From assembly GCA_020891255.1 (NCBI GenBank), contig BQFW01000001.1:992001-1056000 (forward strand): a DNA stretch of 64,000 nucleotides, given 5' to 3'. This document shows, in pieces, positions 1-11,791 of the stretch. The position numbers were made by a program, and so were the translations under genes. Numbering within the stretch: position 1 is the stretch's first letter; each line of letters opens with the position of its first letter. The notes below the pieces were generated by a model. The model ran no database searches. It had not been told where the DNA came from and saw only the letters and a program-made list of their open reading frames with translations. Source of the stretch: Entomortierella parvispora E1425 (taxonomy: Eukaryota; Fungi; Mortierellomycota).

Positions 1-2640
1 TCAACAGATCGTCGAGATACACGACAACCCATTTGTCCAAGACTGGATCGAGCACTCGCAACATCATATTGGAGAACGAAGCAGGAGCGTTAGTAAGGCC
101 AAAGGGAACAACATTGAACTCAAAGTGACCATAGCGACAACGGAAGGCAGTCTTGTGTGTGTGTGGTTCAAAGATACGCTGCTGATGATAACCGGATAAC
201 AAGTCCAACTTGGAGTAATAGCGTGCTCCACGGAAGCGGTCAAGAAGCTCGTCGATACGGGGCAGCGGGTGTCTGTTCTTCCTGGTGATCTTGTTGAGGC
301 CACGGTAGTCGACGCACATTCGGAGTGTGCCGTCCTTCTTCCGCACAAAGAGCACGGGGGCGCCATAGGGAGAGGTATTGGGTTTGATAAAACCTGCTGC
401 TAGCAATTGGTCCAGTTGTTTGCGAAGTTCGTCAAGCTCGGCGATTGAAAGTCTAATGACAGGGCGGAAGGGTGGGTCGGCTGTCGGGTCGGTCTCGATC
501 TTCATAGCATCACCACGGTCTGGGGGCAGGCCGTCCGGGAGTTTCTCCGGAAAGACATCAGCGAACTCTTCCATGACAATGGACCGCACCTCTGGGGGTC
601 ATATCGGGAATTGTACGCGGTTGGTCAGTTTCTTCAGAGGGCTCTGGGGTGTTGCGAATAAGGGCCAGGAACACCTCCGAGCCGGGCAGGGTTGCCATGG
701 AATGAAAGTGCATGTGTGTGAGGAGGAGTCCTTTGGTGCGGCTTTTGGATGTGATCGGCCTTGAAGCCGCGGCAGCTCCATTTGACATCGATTCCATTGT
801 GAGTGAAATGAAGATCGTTGGTGCGCCAATTGATGCAAGGGTTAACTTTGGTGAGCCAGGGTTTGCCAAGGATGAGGTCGTATTTGTTGAGAGGATAGAG
901 AATAGGGTTGAGCGAATCGGAGTAGTCGCTGCGGTTGAGGGTGATGGGGACGGTGTGTGATGTGAGGGAGGAAGAGCCATTGGGGAGGAGGATGGGGATG
1001 GGCAAGCATTCAGTGCCGAGGAGCTGGTGTCGCTTTTGAAAAGACGAACTGATAATATTACCTTCTGCACCACCATCAATCAGGATTCTGGCAGCGTGGC
1101 CATTGACAGAACCGATGAAAGTGAGCAGTTGGCTCTCTGCCTTTTGGACAGTGAATTCGTGTAGGCGAATCGCACGACGCTTCAACTTCTTCAACTGACT
1201 TTTGGACAGAGGTACACTAGGTGCCGGCGGTACAGCGAGAGGGTCCGGTTCATCTGTATCGGAGGATCTAGGTAGAGGAGCGGACAGGGCAACTGGAGCG
1301 GGCGAGGCAACAGGTTTTTTGGTTTGGTTTTGGTTTCGGTCCGATAGAACAACCAGAGCATCGTGGATGTGAGTTCGCTTGTCATGATTGGAGTCATGTT
1401 TCTGAGGTGTAGAATCAAGTGAAGTTTTATTTGAGGTACTTAGCTCAGGGTTGTTGGCTACAGTTTCGACAACTGGGGTCCGGACCGACCCTAGTTGCCG
1501 GAGGCTTTTCCCGAATCAGGGGATTCACCCGCGGTTACTTGATTAATTCCTCGGCTGCCGTTGCCGTACTTAGGGCAATTGGGACTGATGTGACCCAATT
1601 CGCGGCAGCGGAAGCAGCCACCGTTACGTACAAGGTACTCTCGGTCGGCGGCGGTCAGGGGTGCGGGGCGATCTCGAGAAGGGTTGTTAGTACCGTTGGT
1701 GGGGCGGTTCTGTAAGGAGCGGTGAAGGGTGCCGAGTTGCTTGTGGATATTGTTGAGTTGGATATGAATATTGTCCACTTCCATTGCGTTGGGGTCGGTG
1801 ATACCAGCAGAGGATCCCGAGGCAGCCAGTGCTTTGGCACCGAGTGATGGGTCTCCAGTGTGGAAGATACGACCGAACTCCTCCGCGGCCTTGAAGAGTC
1901 TGGGCAGATCTATGGTGTCGTTGCCTGCATTAACAATGGCCACTTCCAGCATCTGGCGAAGCTGAGTAGGTGCACCACTGAGAAAGGCAGTACGGATAGT
2001 ATCGTTGAGAACTGCGTTGTCGGCGTAGTAAGACTGGAGGAGCAGGTGGTATTCACGGGCTTTGGTAATATAGGCCATGACGTTGGAGATGTTCAATGGT
2101 AGTGTCATTTTCATTTGCATTGTGAGGGCGAGAATGTGCTCCTTAAACTTCGCAGGACTGAACTCGGTGGCAAGGAGCTCGCTGAAATCCGGGAATGAGG
2201 TGTCGGATGGCTTGTTTAAGAGTGCCCACCAGCCGATAACCTCATCGCCGGCAAAGGCAAGGGTAACCCCGACCTTGCGAGGTTCGGCAATTCCAGCGCC
2301 ATCGAAGAAAAAGGTCATGCGTTTCAGAAAACCGAGAACAGAGAATCCGTCGCGCTTGCCGTTGAACGGTGTTGGATGAGGGAATTTGAATGACGGTGTC
2401 GCGGGGTCCATGTTGGGTGAATTGTCGAGGGAGAGTTGATCGAAGAGGGATACGAGGGGGTCCAGGGTGTAAGTGTGTCGGAGGGTCAGTGGGTCAGTGA
2501 GGTCAGTGGATCGAAAACCTTTGCTACCATGCAATAGGAGTATCGAGGGTGGAGTGGAGACAAGAAGTGAGTTTTATTATATTGCAAGTTTCTAGCTTTT
2601 GTAGGTACACATCGCGTGATGTCACCGTATTCCTGTTACA
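1..2640 (-). mobile_element. Ty3/Gypsy chromovirus family A, copy A1 (5' LTR, gag, PR, start of RT; runs off the window start)
   Basis: 111-bp LTR (TGTAACA...TATTGCA) at 2530-2640, PBS TGGTAGCAAAGG, gag with CCHC knuckle CFRCRELGHISPNC, protease [14 protein letters not shown] at the window edge. Reverse complement of 6377-9017. Interrupts the RT of element B at 2640/2641. Confidence 0.95.
1491..2411 (-). CDS. gag: Gag of A1 (probable ATG at 2411, MDPATP...)
   Basis: Open ORF with CX2CX4HX4C. The ORF-track start at 2534 is a TTG inside the LTR. Confidence 0.85.
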   Translation of the reverse strand: MDPATPSFKFPHPTPFNGKRDGFSVLGFLKRMTFFFDGAGIAEPRKVGVTLAFAGDEVIGWWALLNKPSDTSFPDFSELLATEFSPAKFKEHILALTMQMKMTLPLNISNVMAYITKAREYHLLLQSYYADNAVLNDTIRTAFLSGAPTQLRQMLEVAIVNAGNDTIDLPRLFKAAEEFGRIFHTGDPSLGAKALAASGSSAGITDPNAMEVDNIHIQLNNIHKQLGTLHRSLQNRPTNGTNNPSRDRPAPLTAADREYLVRNGGCFRCRELGHISPNCPKYGNGSRGINQVTAGESPDSGKASGN

Positions 2641-5406
2641 TCCGATCTGGCTACTATCAGATGCAAATCCACCCCGACGATCGCCACAAGACCGCTTTTC
2701 GCACACGGTACGGCCATTACGAGTTCAATGTGGTCCCATTTGGGCTCACAAATGCACCAGCATGGTTCTCAACCCTCATGCGGACAGCCCTCGCGCCTGT
2801 CATTGACAAATGTGTAGTACTCTATCTTGATGACATCCTGATCTATTCGGACACAGAAGAGGAACACATCGAGGATATCCGCAAGGTCCTGACCCTCCTA
2901 CGAGAACATCGCCTCTACGCCAAGTTATCGAAATGCTCTTTCATGCAAGAAGAAACAGAGTTTTTGGGCCACATCATATCCAAGGACGGTATCAAAACCA
3001 ATGGAGGATTGGTCAAGGCAATACGTGAATGGCCTCAACCCAGGACACTCCGTGAGCTCTTGCAATTCCTTGGCCTTGCCAACTTCTACCGCCAGTATGT
3101 CAAAGGATACGCAGACATTGCACTGCCTCTCACAGAGCTGCTGAATCGTACAACCCCCTTCACCTGGTCCAGAAAAGCTCAAGCCGCCTTCAACAAACTT
3201 AAAGCTGCGATCACTTCAGCCCCTGTTCTCCGAATTTTTGATCCCGCCTTGTCCACCGCGATCGGCACCGATGCCTCAGGATTTGCCATTGGTGCTGTCC
3301 TCTTCCAGACCGACCAATTTGGCAGATCAAGGCCTGTCGCCTTCACGTCCCGCAAACTCAACCCGGCCGAGCGCAACTACCCAGTCCACGAACAGGAGTT
3401 ACTGGCAGTGGTCCATGCCCTTCGCACTTGGCGATACTATCTCGATGGATCTCACTTCATAGTGTACACGGACCACGCCACCCTCCAACACTTCCCCACT
3501 CAACCCAACCTTACCAGGCGACAAGCCCGCTGGATGGAGTTGCTACAGGAGTACAATTTCGACTTCCGGTACAAACGAGGTGTGGACAACATAGTGCCCG
3601 ACGCCCTGTCCAGAAGACCAGACCACCAAGACAAACCACCAGATCAAACATCCCTAGCATCCTTGCAGGTGGACATCGACCCCTCACTTCACATCAACTA
3701 CGCCAGGGATACGCCGATGACCCAAAATGTATGAAGATCATGGAGTTACACAAAGACGCCGCCCCTACAGACCGCTACTTCCTCAGTGCCCTCTTAGGGT
3801 CTTTTGTTCACCAACATTGCAGGACGCACTCGGCTATGCATCCCCGACAACGACAAAATTCGGAATCAACTCCTGCACGATGCCCACGACTCCAAACTGG
3901 CAGGACACCTCGGATTCGACAAGACCTACGACCTCCTCTGCAGGCGCTTTTACTGGCCCCGCCTGGCCAAAGACACAAAAGCGTACGTTCTCTCATGCGA
4001 CCTCTGCCAGAGGAACAAACCATCCCTACAACAACCAGCGGGACTCTATATGCCACTTGCGATCCCAGGACAACGATGGGATACGGTCTCTATGGATTTT
4101 ATTGTCAAACTACCAAAGACTGCCCGTGGCTATGATGCGATCACTGTCTTCGTCGATAAACTGTCAAAACAAGTCCATTTCTGCCCAAGCAACACCACCG
4201 ATACGGCTGCTGATGTAGCACGTATCTTCTTCCGAGAAGTCTTCCGTCTCCATGGCATGCCCCGAGCAATCGTCTCCGACCGCGACTCACGATTCACAGG
4301 CCACTTCTGGACCACCCTCATGGGCCTTATGGACACCAAACTCGATATGTCAACCGCGTTCCATCCCCAATCGGACGGTCAAACAGAGCGAGCCAACTAT
4401 ACACTAGAAGAGATGCTACGCGCCTATATCTCGTACAACCAAAAAGATTGGGACGTCCTACTCCCAATGATGGAGTTTGCTTACAATAACTCCCAAAACC
4501 CGTCCACAGGCTTCTCTCCTTTCCGATTAAACTACGGGCACGATCCAGTTACCCCGTCCGCATTACTGCACCCAATCCAATCCAACACTCCCGCAGCTAC
4601 CGAGTTTATTTTGCAACAACAAAGCGCCCTCACGCAAGCTCAAGACGCCATCCATCAGGCACAGGAGCGGCAGAAAACACAAGCAGATAAGGCAAGACGA
4701 CCATCAACCTTCAAAGTGGGCGACATGGTGCTCCTCAATGCAGACCACTTGTCACTTGCAGCTCGTCAAAACCGCCCAGCACGTAAACTGGAACCGAAAT
4801 ACATCGGCCCATTTCGGATCACACGTAAAGCCAACGACAACGCGTTTGAACTAGCCCTGCCTTCAACTATGAAACAGTATCCAGTTTTCAACACCGACCT
4901 ATTGCGCCCCTACATATCATCTCCACCTTCCTTCAACCGCACCACAACCGACCGTCCCCTTCCGATCACAACTGACGATGGCGACGAAGAGTACGAGGTG
5001 GAACGGATACTGGACTACAAAATGGATCGTAAAACACCGAAATGGCTCGTTCTCTGGAAAGGCTACACCCTCGACGATGCCACTTAAGAACCAAAACGGT
5101 CTCTCGCAAATGCCCAAGAAGCACTTGCAGAGTTTGAGCGCACCAGAAAACCTTGAGCCGTTTTTTTTTTAGAGGGGAAGGATGCAAACAAATAGACCTC
5201 GTGCAACAGTCAAATCAGACTGACCGTGCAGCGCCTTCACTCACAGCAAAGCCACAAGGGGTCAACTACAACCACTACCACCATTGCCACCATTGCCACC
5301 ATTGCCACCATTGCCACCACCACAACCTTTAGTATAAATACCCCGGACTTCATATCAATAAACATCATTCAATCTTCGTGCTCTTCCCTTGGCCTTTACT
5401 ATTGCA
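2641..5406 (+). mobile_element. Ty3/Gypsy chromovirus family B, 3' half (RT-RNaseH-integrase-chromodomain, PPT, 3' LTR)
   Basis: RT YLDD, RNase H TDAS...YTDH, integrase HHCC and DDE (SMDF, SDRD, GQTER), GPF motif, chromodomain with a stop at 5085-5087, PPT AGAGGGGAAGGA at 5171-5182. Frameshifts near 3700-3800. Confidence 0.92.
5183..5406 (+). repeat. LTR of family B (3' LTR) with a 9-bp tandem repeat (ACCATTGCC)x4 at 5280-5315
   Basis: TGCAAAC...TATTGCA, TATAAATA and AATAAA. Matches the solo copy at 33270-33479, which has fewer repeat units. Confidence 0.92.
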
Positions 5407-5409
5407 ACT

Positions 5410-5913
5410 GTAGATACAGATCACACATTTGTAGAAGTCAGTTTAGATACCCTTAAAAGATTGCGTTAATATAATTTCGTGTTCAGAGCAGTAATTGCTC
5501 TGGGTCGCTTCCTTCCCCACTTTTTTGTTTGCCTTTGTTTGATCGTTACAGAACACATACACATCCCCCCCCCCCCCCACTTCCTGCCCGATATCCCCTT
5601 TGCAGCAGCAGCAAGATCGACGCCTTAATTCCGATTGCTGAGACTATTAGTAGCTTGTCTAACCTCCTTCCCTCCCCCCTTACCTTTGGATATCACAGAC
5701 CCTGTTCTGCCGATCAAGCTTGCCTTCGTTCAAGTCTTGAGCTTCCACCCGACTGAGATCTTTATTGATACTTGGTTCACACAGTTTAGACAGTGAGATC
5801 CTGCAACGTCTATCCTCCCCCTCGCAAGCAATCCCCTTTCCCTTGATCACTTGTGACCAGCCCCTCTCTCCTTGAGCTACGACCGATCCCCAACCCATTG
5901 TAGCAACACCACA
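5410..5913 (+). repeat. Family C LTR copy C1, missing its first ~9 bp
   Basis: Matches 31173-31679 from GTAGATACAG onward. Ends CAACACCACA; right flank ACGG. Confidence 0.9.
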
Positions 5914-6376
5914 ACGGTTCACCAGCCGCTTCTGGCAGGAGTTGCACAAGCTGCTAGATGTGAAATTGGCGCTGTCTACAGCCTACCACCCACAGACAGA
6001 CGGACAGACAGAGGGGTCATGAACAAGACGCTGAAGACAATGTTACGGGCCTTCGTTGACAACAAGCAGTCGAACTGGGACCAGTTACTTCCTTCGCTAG
6101 AGTTTGCTTACAACAACGCTATCAACGCTTCCACTGGCTACTCTCCGTTCTTCCTCAACACTGGCCAACATCCTCGTCTTCCAACGGCGCTTCTCAGTAT
6201 GCCAAGCAGCTCAGTCCCCACCGTCGATAATTTCCTCACGGAGCAGGCGACAACGCTCATTCTTGCCCAAGATGCACTACAACGCGCGCAGGATCATCAG
6301 GAAGAGCAGGCTAATAAGCGACGACGAGACCACCAATTCAAAGTCGGTGACAAGGTCTTGCTGAGTGCCGCCAACA
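5914..6376 (+). pseudogene. Integrase fragment of an A-related subfamily (A'), cut by C1 on the left and A2 on the right
   Basis: Encodes [22 protein letters not shown]...FKVGDKVLL. Similar to but diverged from the A integrase; contains an internal frameshift. Confidence 0.85.
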
Positions 6377-6487
6377 TGTAACAGGAATACGGTGACATCA
6401 CGCGATGTGTACCTACAAAAGCTAGAAACTTGCAATATAATAAAACTCACTTCTTGTCTCCACTCCACCCTCGATACTCCTATTGCA

Positions 6488-6499
6488 TGGTAGCAAAGG
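6488..6499 (+). promoter_or_regulatory. Primer binding site of family A, complementary to the initiator tRNA-Met 3' end
   Basis: TGGTAGCA directly abuts the LTR end. tRNAiMet 3' ends in ...GCTACCA (established). Same PBS in A1, A3 and A4. Confidence 0.8.
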
Positions 6500-6605
6500 T
6501 TTTCGATCCACTGACCTCACTGACCCACTGACCCTCCGACACACTTACACCCTGGACCCCCTCGTATCCCTCTTCGATCAACTCTCCCTCGACAATTCAC
6601 CCAAC

Positions 6606-7526
6606 ATGGACCCCGCGACACCGTCATTCAAATTCCCTCATCCAACACCGTTCAACGGCAAGCGCGACGGATTCTCTGTTCTCGGTTTTCTGAAACGCAT
6701 GACCTTTTTCTTCGATGGCGCTGGAATTGCCGAACCTCGCAAGGTCGGGGTTACCCTTGCCTTTGCCGGCGATGAGGTTATCGGCTGGTGGGCACTCTTA
6801 AACAAGCCATCCGACACCTCATTCCCGGATTTCAGCGAGCTCCTTGCCACCGAGTTCAGTCCTGCGAAGTTTAAGGAGCACATTCTCGCCCTCACAATGC
6901 AAATGAAAATGACACTACCATTGAACATCTCCAACGTCATGGCCTATATTACCAAAGCCCGTGAATACCACCTGCTCCTCCAGTCTTACTACGCCGACAA
7001 CGCAGTTCTCAACGATACTATCCGTACTGCCTTTCTCAGTGGTGCACCTACTCAGCTTCGCCAGATGCTGGAAGTGGCCATTGTTAATGCAGGCAACGAC
7101 ACCATAGATCTGCCCAGACTCTTCAAGGCCGCGGAGGAGTTCGGTCGTATCTTCCACACTGGAGACCCATCACTCGGTGCCAAAGCACTGGCTGCCTCGG
7201 GATCCTCTGCTGGTATCACCGACCCCAACGCAATGGAAGTGGACAATATTCATATCCAACTCAACAATATCCACAAGCAACTCGGCACCCTTCACCGCTC
7301 CTTACAGAACCGCCCCACCAACGGTACTAACAACCCTTCTCGAGATCGCCCCGCACCCCTGACCGCCGCCGACCGAGAGTACCTTGTACGTAACGGTGGC
7401 TGCTTCCGCTGCCGCGAATTGGGTCACATCAGTCCCAATTGCCCTAAGTACGGCAACGGCAGCCGAGGAATTAATCAAGTAACCGCGGGTGAATCCCCTG
7501 ATTCGGGAAAAGCCTCCGGCAACTAG
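6606..7526 (+). CDS. gag: Gag of A2
   Basis: Uninterrupted ORF with a CCHC zinc knuckle. Confidence 0.87.
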   Translation: MDPATPSFKFPHPTPFNGKRDGFSVLGFLKRMTFFFDGAGIAEPRKVGVTLAFAGDEVIGWWALLNKPSDTSFPDFSELLATEFSPAKFKEHILALTMQMKMTLPLNISNVMAYITKAREYHLLLQSYYADNAVLNDTIRTAFLSGAPTQLRQMLEVAIVNAGNDTIDLPRLFKAAEEFGRIFHTGDPSLGAKALAASGSSAGITDPNAMEVDNIHIQLNNIHKQLGTLHRSLQNRPTNGTNNPSRDRPAPLTAADREYLVRNGGCFRCRELGHISPNCPKYGNGSRGINQVTAGESPDSGKASGN

Positions 7527-7549
7527 GGTCGGTCCGGACCCCAGTTGTC
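7505..7549 (+). promoter_or_regulatory. Putative -1 ribosomal frameshift signal between gag and pol (G GGA AAA plus stem-loop)
   Basis: Heptamer GGGAAAA at 7505-7511 in gag phase, 6-nt spacer, 13-bp stem 7518-7530/7537-7549. The -1 frame is open from here into the protease in A1, A3 and A4. Confidence 0.8.
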
Positions 7550-10500
7550 GAAACTGTAGCCAACAACCCTGAGCTAAGTACCTCAAATAAAACTTCACTT
7601 GATTCTACACCTCAGAAACATGACTCCAATCATGACAAGCGAACTCACATCCACGATGCTCTGGTTGTTCTATCGGACCGAAACCAAAACCAAACCAAAA
7701 AACCTGTTGCCTCGCCCGCTCCAGTTGCCCTGTCCGCTCCTCTACCTAGATCCTCCGATACAGATGAACCGGACCCTCTCGCTGTACCGCCGGCACCTAG
7801 TGTACCTCTGTCCAAAAAGTCAGTTGAAGAAGTTGAAGCGTCGTGCGATTCGCCTACACGAATTCACTGTCCAAAAGGCAGAGAGCCAACTGCTCACTTT
7901 CATCGGTTCTGTCAATGGCCACGCTGCCAGAATCCTGATTGATGGTGGTGCAGAAGGTAATATTATCAGTTCGTCTTTTCAAAAGCGACACCAGCTCCTC
8001 GGCACTGAATGCTTGCCCATCCCCATCCTCCTCCCCAATGGCTCTTCCTCCCTCACATCACACACCGTCCCCATCACCCTCAACCGCAGCGACTACTCCG
8101 ATTCGCTCAACCCTATTCTCTATCCTCTCAACAAATACGACCTCATCCTTGGCAAACCCTGGCTCACCAAAGTTAACCCTTGCATCAATTGGCGCACCAA
8201 CGATCTTCATTTCACTCACAATGGAATCGATGTCAAATGGAGCTGCCGCGGCTTCAAGGCCGATCACATCCAAAGCCGCACCAAAGGACTCCTCCTCACA
8301 CACATGCACTTTCATTCCATGGCAACCCTGCCCGGCTCGGAGGTGTTCCTGGCCCTTATTCGCAACACCCCAGAGCCCTCTGAAGAAACTGACCAACCGC
8401 GTACAATTCCCGATATGACCCCCAGAGGTGCGGTCCATTGTCATGGAAGAGTTCGCTGATGTCTTTCCGGAGAAACTCCCGGACGGCCTGCCCCCAGACC
8501 GTGGTGATGCTATGAAGATCGAGACCGACCCGACAGCCGACCCACCCTTCCGCCCTGTCATTAGACTTTCAATCGCCGAGCTTGACGAACTTCGCAAACA
8601 ACTGGACCAATTGCTAGCAGCAGGTTTTATCAAACCCAATACCTCTCCCTATGGCGCCCCCGTGCTCTTTTGTGCGGAAGAAGGACGGCACACTCCGAAT
8701 GTGCGTCGACTACCGTGGCCTCAACAAGATCACCAGGAAGAACAGACACCCGCTGCCCCGTATCGACGAGCTTCTTGACCGCTTCCGTGGAGCACGCTAT
8801 TACTCCAAGTTGGACTTGTTATCCGGTTATCATCAGCAGCGTATCTTTGAACCACACACACACAAGACTGCCTTCCGTTGTCGCTATGGTCACTTTGAGT
8901 TCAATGTTGTTCCCTTTGGCCTTACTAACGCTCCTGCTTCGTTCTCCAATATGATGTTGCGAGTGCTCGATCCAGTCTTGGACAAATGGGTTGTCGTGTA
9001 TCTCGACGATCTGTTGATCTACTCCAAGACAAAGAAAGAACACCTGCAGCATCTCCGAAGCGTCCTGGCTCTCCTCCGCAAGAATGGTCTGTACGCGAAA
9101 TTGAGCAAGTGCTCCTTCATGCAAGACGAAACTGAATTTTTGGGCCACACCATCACGAAGGACGGGATCAAAACATCGGCCGGGCTCAGCAAAGCCATCA
9201 GTGACTGGCCCACCCCCAAGAGCACAAAGGACGTCCAGCAATTTTTGGGGCTTGCGCAATTTTATCAACAGTACGTATCGGGCTTTGCAGGGATTGCCCT
9301 CCCTCTCTCTTCCCTCCTCGCCAACAACACTCCCTTCAAATGGACCGACGAACAACAATCTGCATTCCTTCAGCTCAAACGCGCCATCTGCTCCGCCCCC
9401 GTCCTCCGCATCTTCGACCCTGATCTCTCACCTTTGTCGAAACAGATGCATCCGGTTTCGCCATCGGTGCAGTGCTGCTGCAGACTGACCGGGAAGGGAA
9501 TACCCATCCCATCGCATTCACTTCCAGGAAAATGCAGTCAGCTGAGCGGAACTACCCTGTCCATGAGCAGGAACTGTTGGCTGTCATCCATGCGCTCCGC
9601 ACTTGGCGCTACTACCTCGATGGAACCAAGTTCAGCGTCCACACCGACCACGCCACCCTCCGCCACTTCCCCACACAGCCCAAACTCACTCGTCGACAGG
9701 CTCGCTGGATGGAGTTGCTTCAGGAATACGACTTTGACTTCAAGTACAAGCGAGGAGTTGACAACATCGTCCCAGACGCTCTCTCCCGACGACCGGACTA
9801 CCGCGAGCCTGACCCTGTTGAGCTATACAACCTCAGCGTCTCCCTGTCCCCGGACGTCCGTGACCAGCTTGTCCAGGACTACAACGACGATCCTCGACTT
9901 GGACCCATCTACAAGGATTGCCTGGATGGGAAGGTTGCCAATGGATATTCATTCCAGAACAACCTCCTCTACTTTACCCGACGTGGAGCAACCACCCTGG
10001 CCATCCCTCGGCACTCCCCGATCCGCCTCACTCTCTTGCACGACGCTCACGACTCTGCCACTGCTGGACACTTTGGTTTTCAAAAGACTTACGACAACCT
10101 GCGCCGTTTCGTATATTGGCCCCACATCGCCAAGGATACCCAGCAGTATGTAGCAACCTGCGAGAAGTGTCAAAGGAACAAGGACTCACAGGATCGACCA
10201 GCTGGACTCTTGCAACCGCTACCCATTCCTTCGCAACGTTGGGAGGTAGTCACCATGGACTTCATCGGCCCTCTTCCGCCCACAGCTAGAAATTTTGACG
10301 CCATCACAGTGTTTGTCGACAAGCTGACCAAGCAAGCTCACTTCGCCCCCAGTACTACCTCTGCCACAGCCGTCGACGTCGCCCACCAGTTTTTTGACAA
10401 CATCTTTAAGCTGCATGGCACACCAACATCCATCATCTCGGACCGCGACACTCGATTCACTAGTAGATTCTGGCAAGAGTTGCACAGGCTAATGGATGTC

Positions 10501-11323
10501 AAACTTGCACTGTCAACCACCTACCACCCACAGACGGATGGGCAGACAGAGGTTATGAACAAGACGCTGAAGACTATGTTGAGAGCGTTTATTGACAACA
10601 AGCAGTCTAACTGGGACCAGCTCCTTCCGTCACTGGAATTCGCCTATAACAACGCTGTCAATGCATCCACGGGATACTCGCCGTTCTTCCTCAACTCTGG
10701 CCAGCACCCTCGTCTCCCCACCGCTCTCCTCGGTAAACCCAACAGCTCAGTCCCCACTGTCGATACCTTCCTGACTGAACAGGCGACCACCCTTGCCCTG
10801 GCCCAGGATGCTCTGCAGCGTGCTCAGGATCATCAGGAGCAACAGGCAAACAAGCGACGACGGGATCACAAGTACAAGGTTGGCGATAAGGTCCTGCTGC
10901 GTGCCACCAATATCACCATCCCAGCCGACAGTATCAGACCAGCCGATAAGCTTCGACCTCAATTCCTTGGCCCGTTCACACTTTTTGGAGCAACACTCAC
11001 CTGTCACCTTCCGCGTCGAGCTGCCACCATTCTACAAAATCCATGACGTCTTCCACGTTGATACCTTTCGACCCTACTTGCCGTCCCCGGAGTCACTCGG
11101 CATTCGAGCTCCAGCCCCCGTGGATCCCACTGTAATTGACGGCGAAGAGGAGTATGAAGTGGACGAAATTTTAAAGTACCGCTTCTACCGCAGACAACAC
11201 CAGTTCCTAGTGTCATTCAAAGGCTACGGCAGAGAAGCTGACGAATGGCTCCCAGTAAGCAACTTGGACAACTGCATGGACTTGGTCACAACCTTCAAAG
11301 AGCAGCACGGTATCATTTTTTAA
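7505..11323 (+). pseudogene. pol: Pol of A2 (PR-RT-RNaseH-INT-chromodomain) with frameshifts
   Basis: ORF pieces 7599-8459, 8428-8778, 8651-10153, 9472-11046 and 10793-11323 join across 1-nt indels, mostly in homopolymers. Confidence 0.88.
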
Positions 11324-11442
11324 AAGGGGAAGGTGTAACAGTACGTGACATCACGCGATGTACCTACAAAAGCTAGATTGCAATATAATAAAACTCACTT
11401 CTTGTCTCCACTCCACCCTCGATACTCCTATTGTCCCGATCC

Positions 11443-11605
11443 AAATAGACAACAGTCAAATCGGAGTAGATACAGCAGAGCCACAAACAAAGGGTACTAA
11501 AACCACTTTTTGCCACCACCGCAACCTTTAGTATAAATACCCCGAACTTCATATCAATAAACATCATTCAATCTTCGTGCTCTTCCCTTGGCCTTTACTA
11601 TTGCA
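11443..11605 (+). repeat. Deletion-riddled family B LTR remnant
   Basis: The 3' part matches the B LTR (...GGCCTTTACTATTGCA). The 5' part has many small deletions and short D-LTR-like patches. Confidence 0.7.
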
Positions 11606-11791
11606 CAATTTTGCATGTGCATCGCTCACTATCTCTATACCGTCTCTTTAGGGGTAGAAGGGTAACTGCTTTGCTGCGTTTCTTTCCCCAAACCACAGCT
11701 CCTGAGGGAATTTCGCGACAGCGCGTGGCAGCACGTTCAACACTGGTAAACGACCTTGAATGTATAATCCAGAATTTTCCTGCCATGCCGT
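11606..11791 (-). pseudogene. Element F, degraded RNase H C-terminal/linker fragment
   Basis: The minus strand continues ...EMNSMLT from 20301 into W-QE...LDYTFKVVY...VLNVLP...FPQELW once E is removed. Confidence 0.75.

Larger units (their letters stand above)
6377..11433 (+). mobile_element. Family A copy A2, near full length (5' LTR 6377-6487; degraded 3' LTR 11334-11433)
   Basis: LTR-PBS-gag-PR-RT-RH-INT-chromodomain-PPT (AAAAGGGGAAGG)-LTR. Several 1-nt indels in pol. No matching TSD found on the right. Confidence 0.93.

Noticed and set aside
5082-5090. TGG to TAA in the B chromodomain (DAT*EP), suggestive of RIP or G-to-A hypermutation
   Set aside because: A single site. The multi-copy A, C and D families show no excess of such transitions or stops, so there is no evidence for RIP-like editing.
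5280-5315. Short tandem repeats (9-bp ACCATTGCC; 28-bp unit in D; CAG runs at 52850-53300) as CRISPR-like arrays
   Set aside because: Head-to-tail with no spacers, in a eukaryotic context. They are LTR minisatellites and polyQ codons.
1-9017. 2.6-kb inverted repeat (1-2640 versus 6377-9017) that looks like a foldback element
   Set aside because: Explained by two independent family A insertions with different flanks (B RT versus A' integrase).
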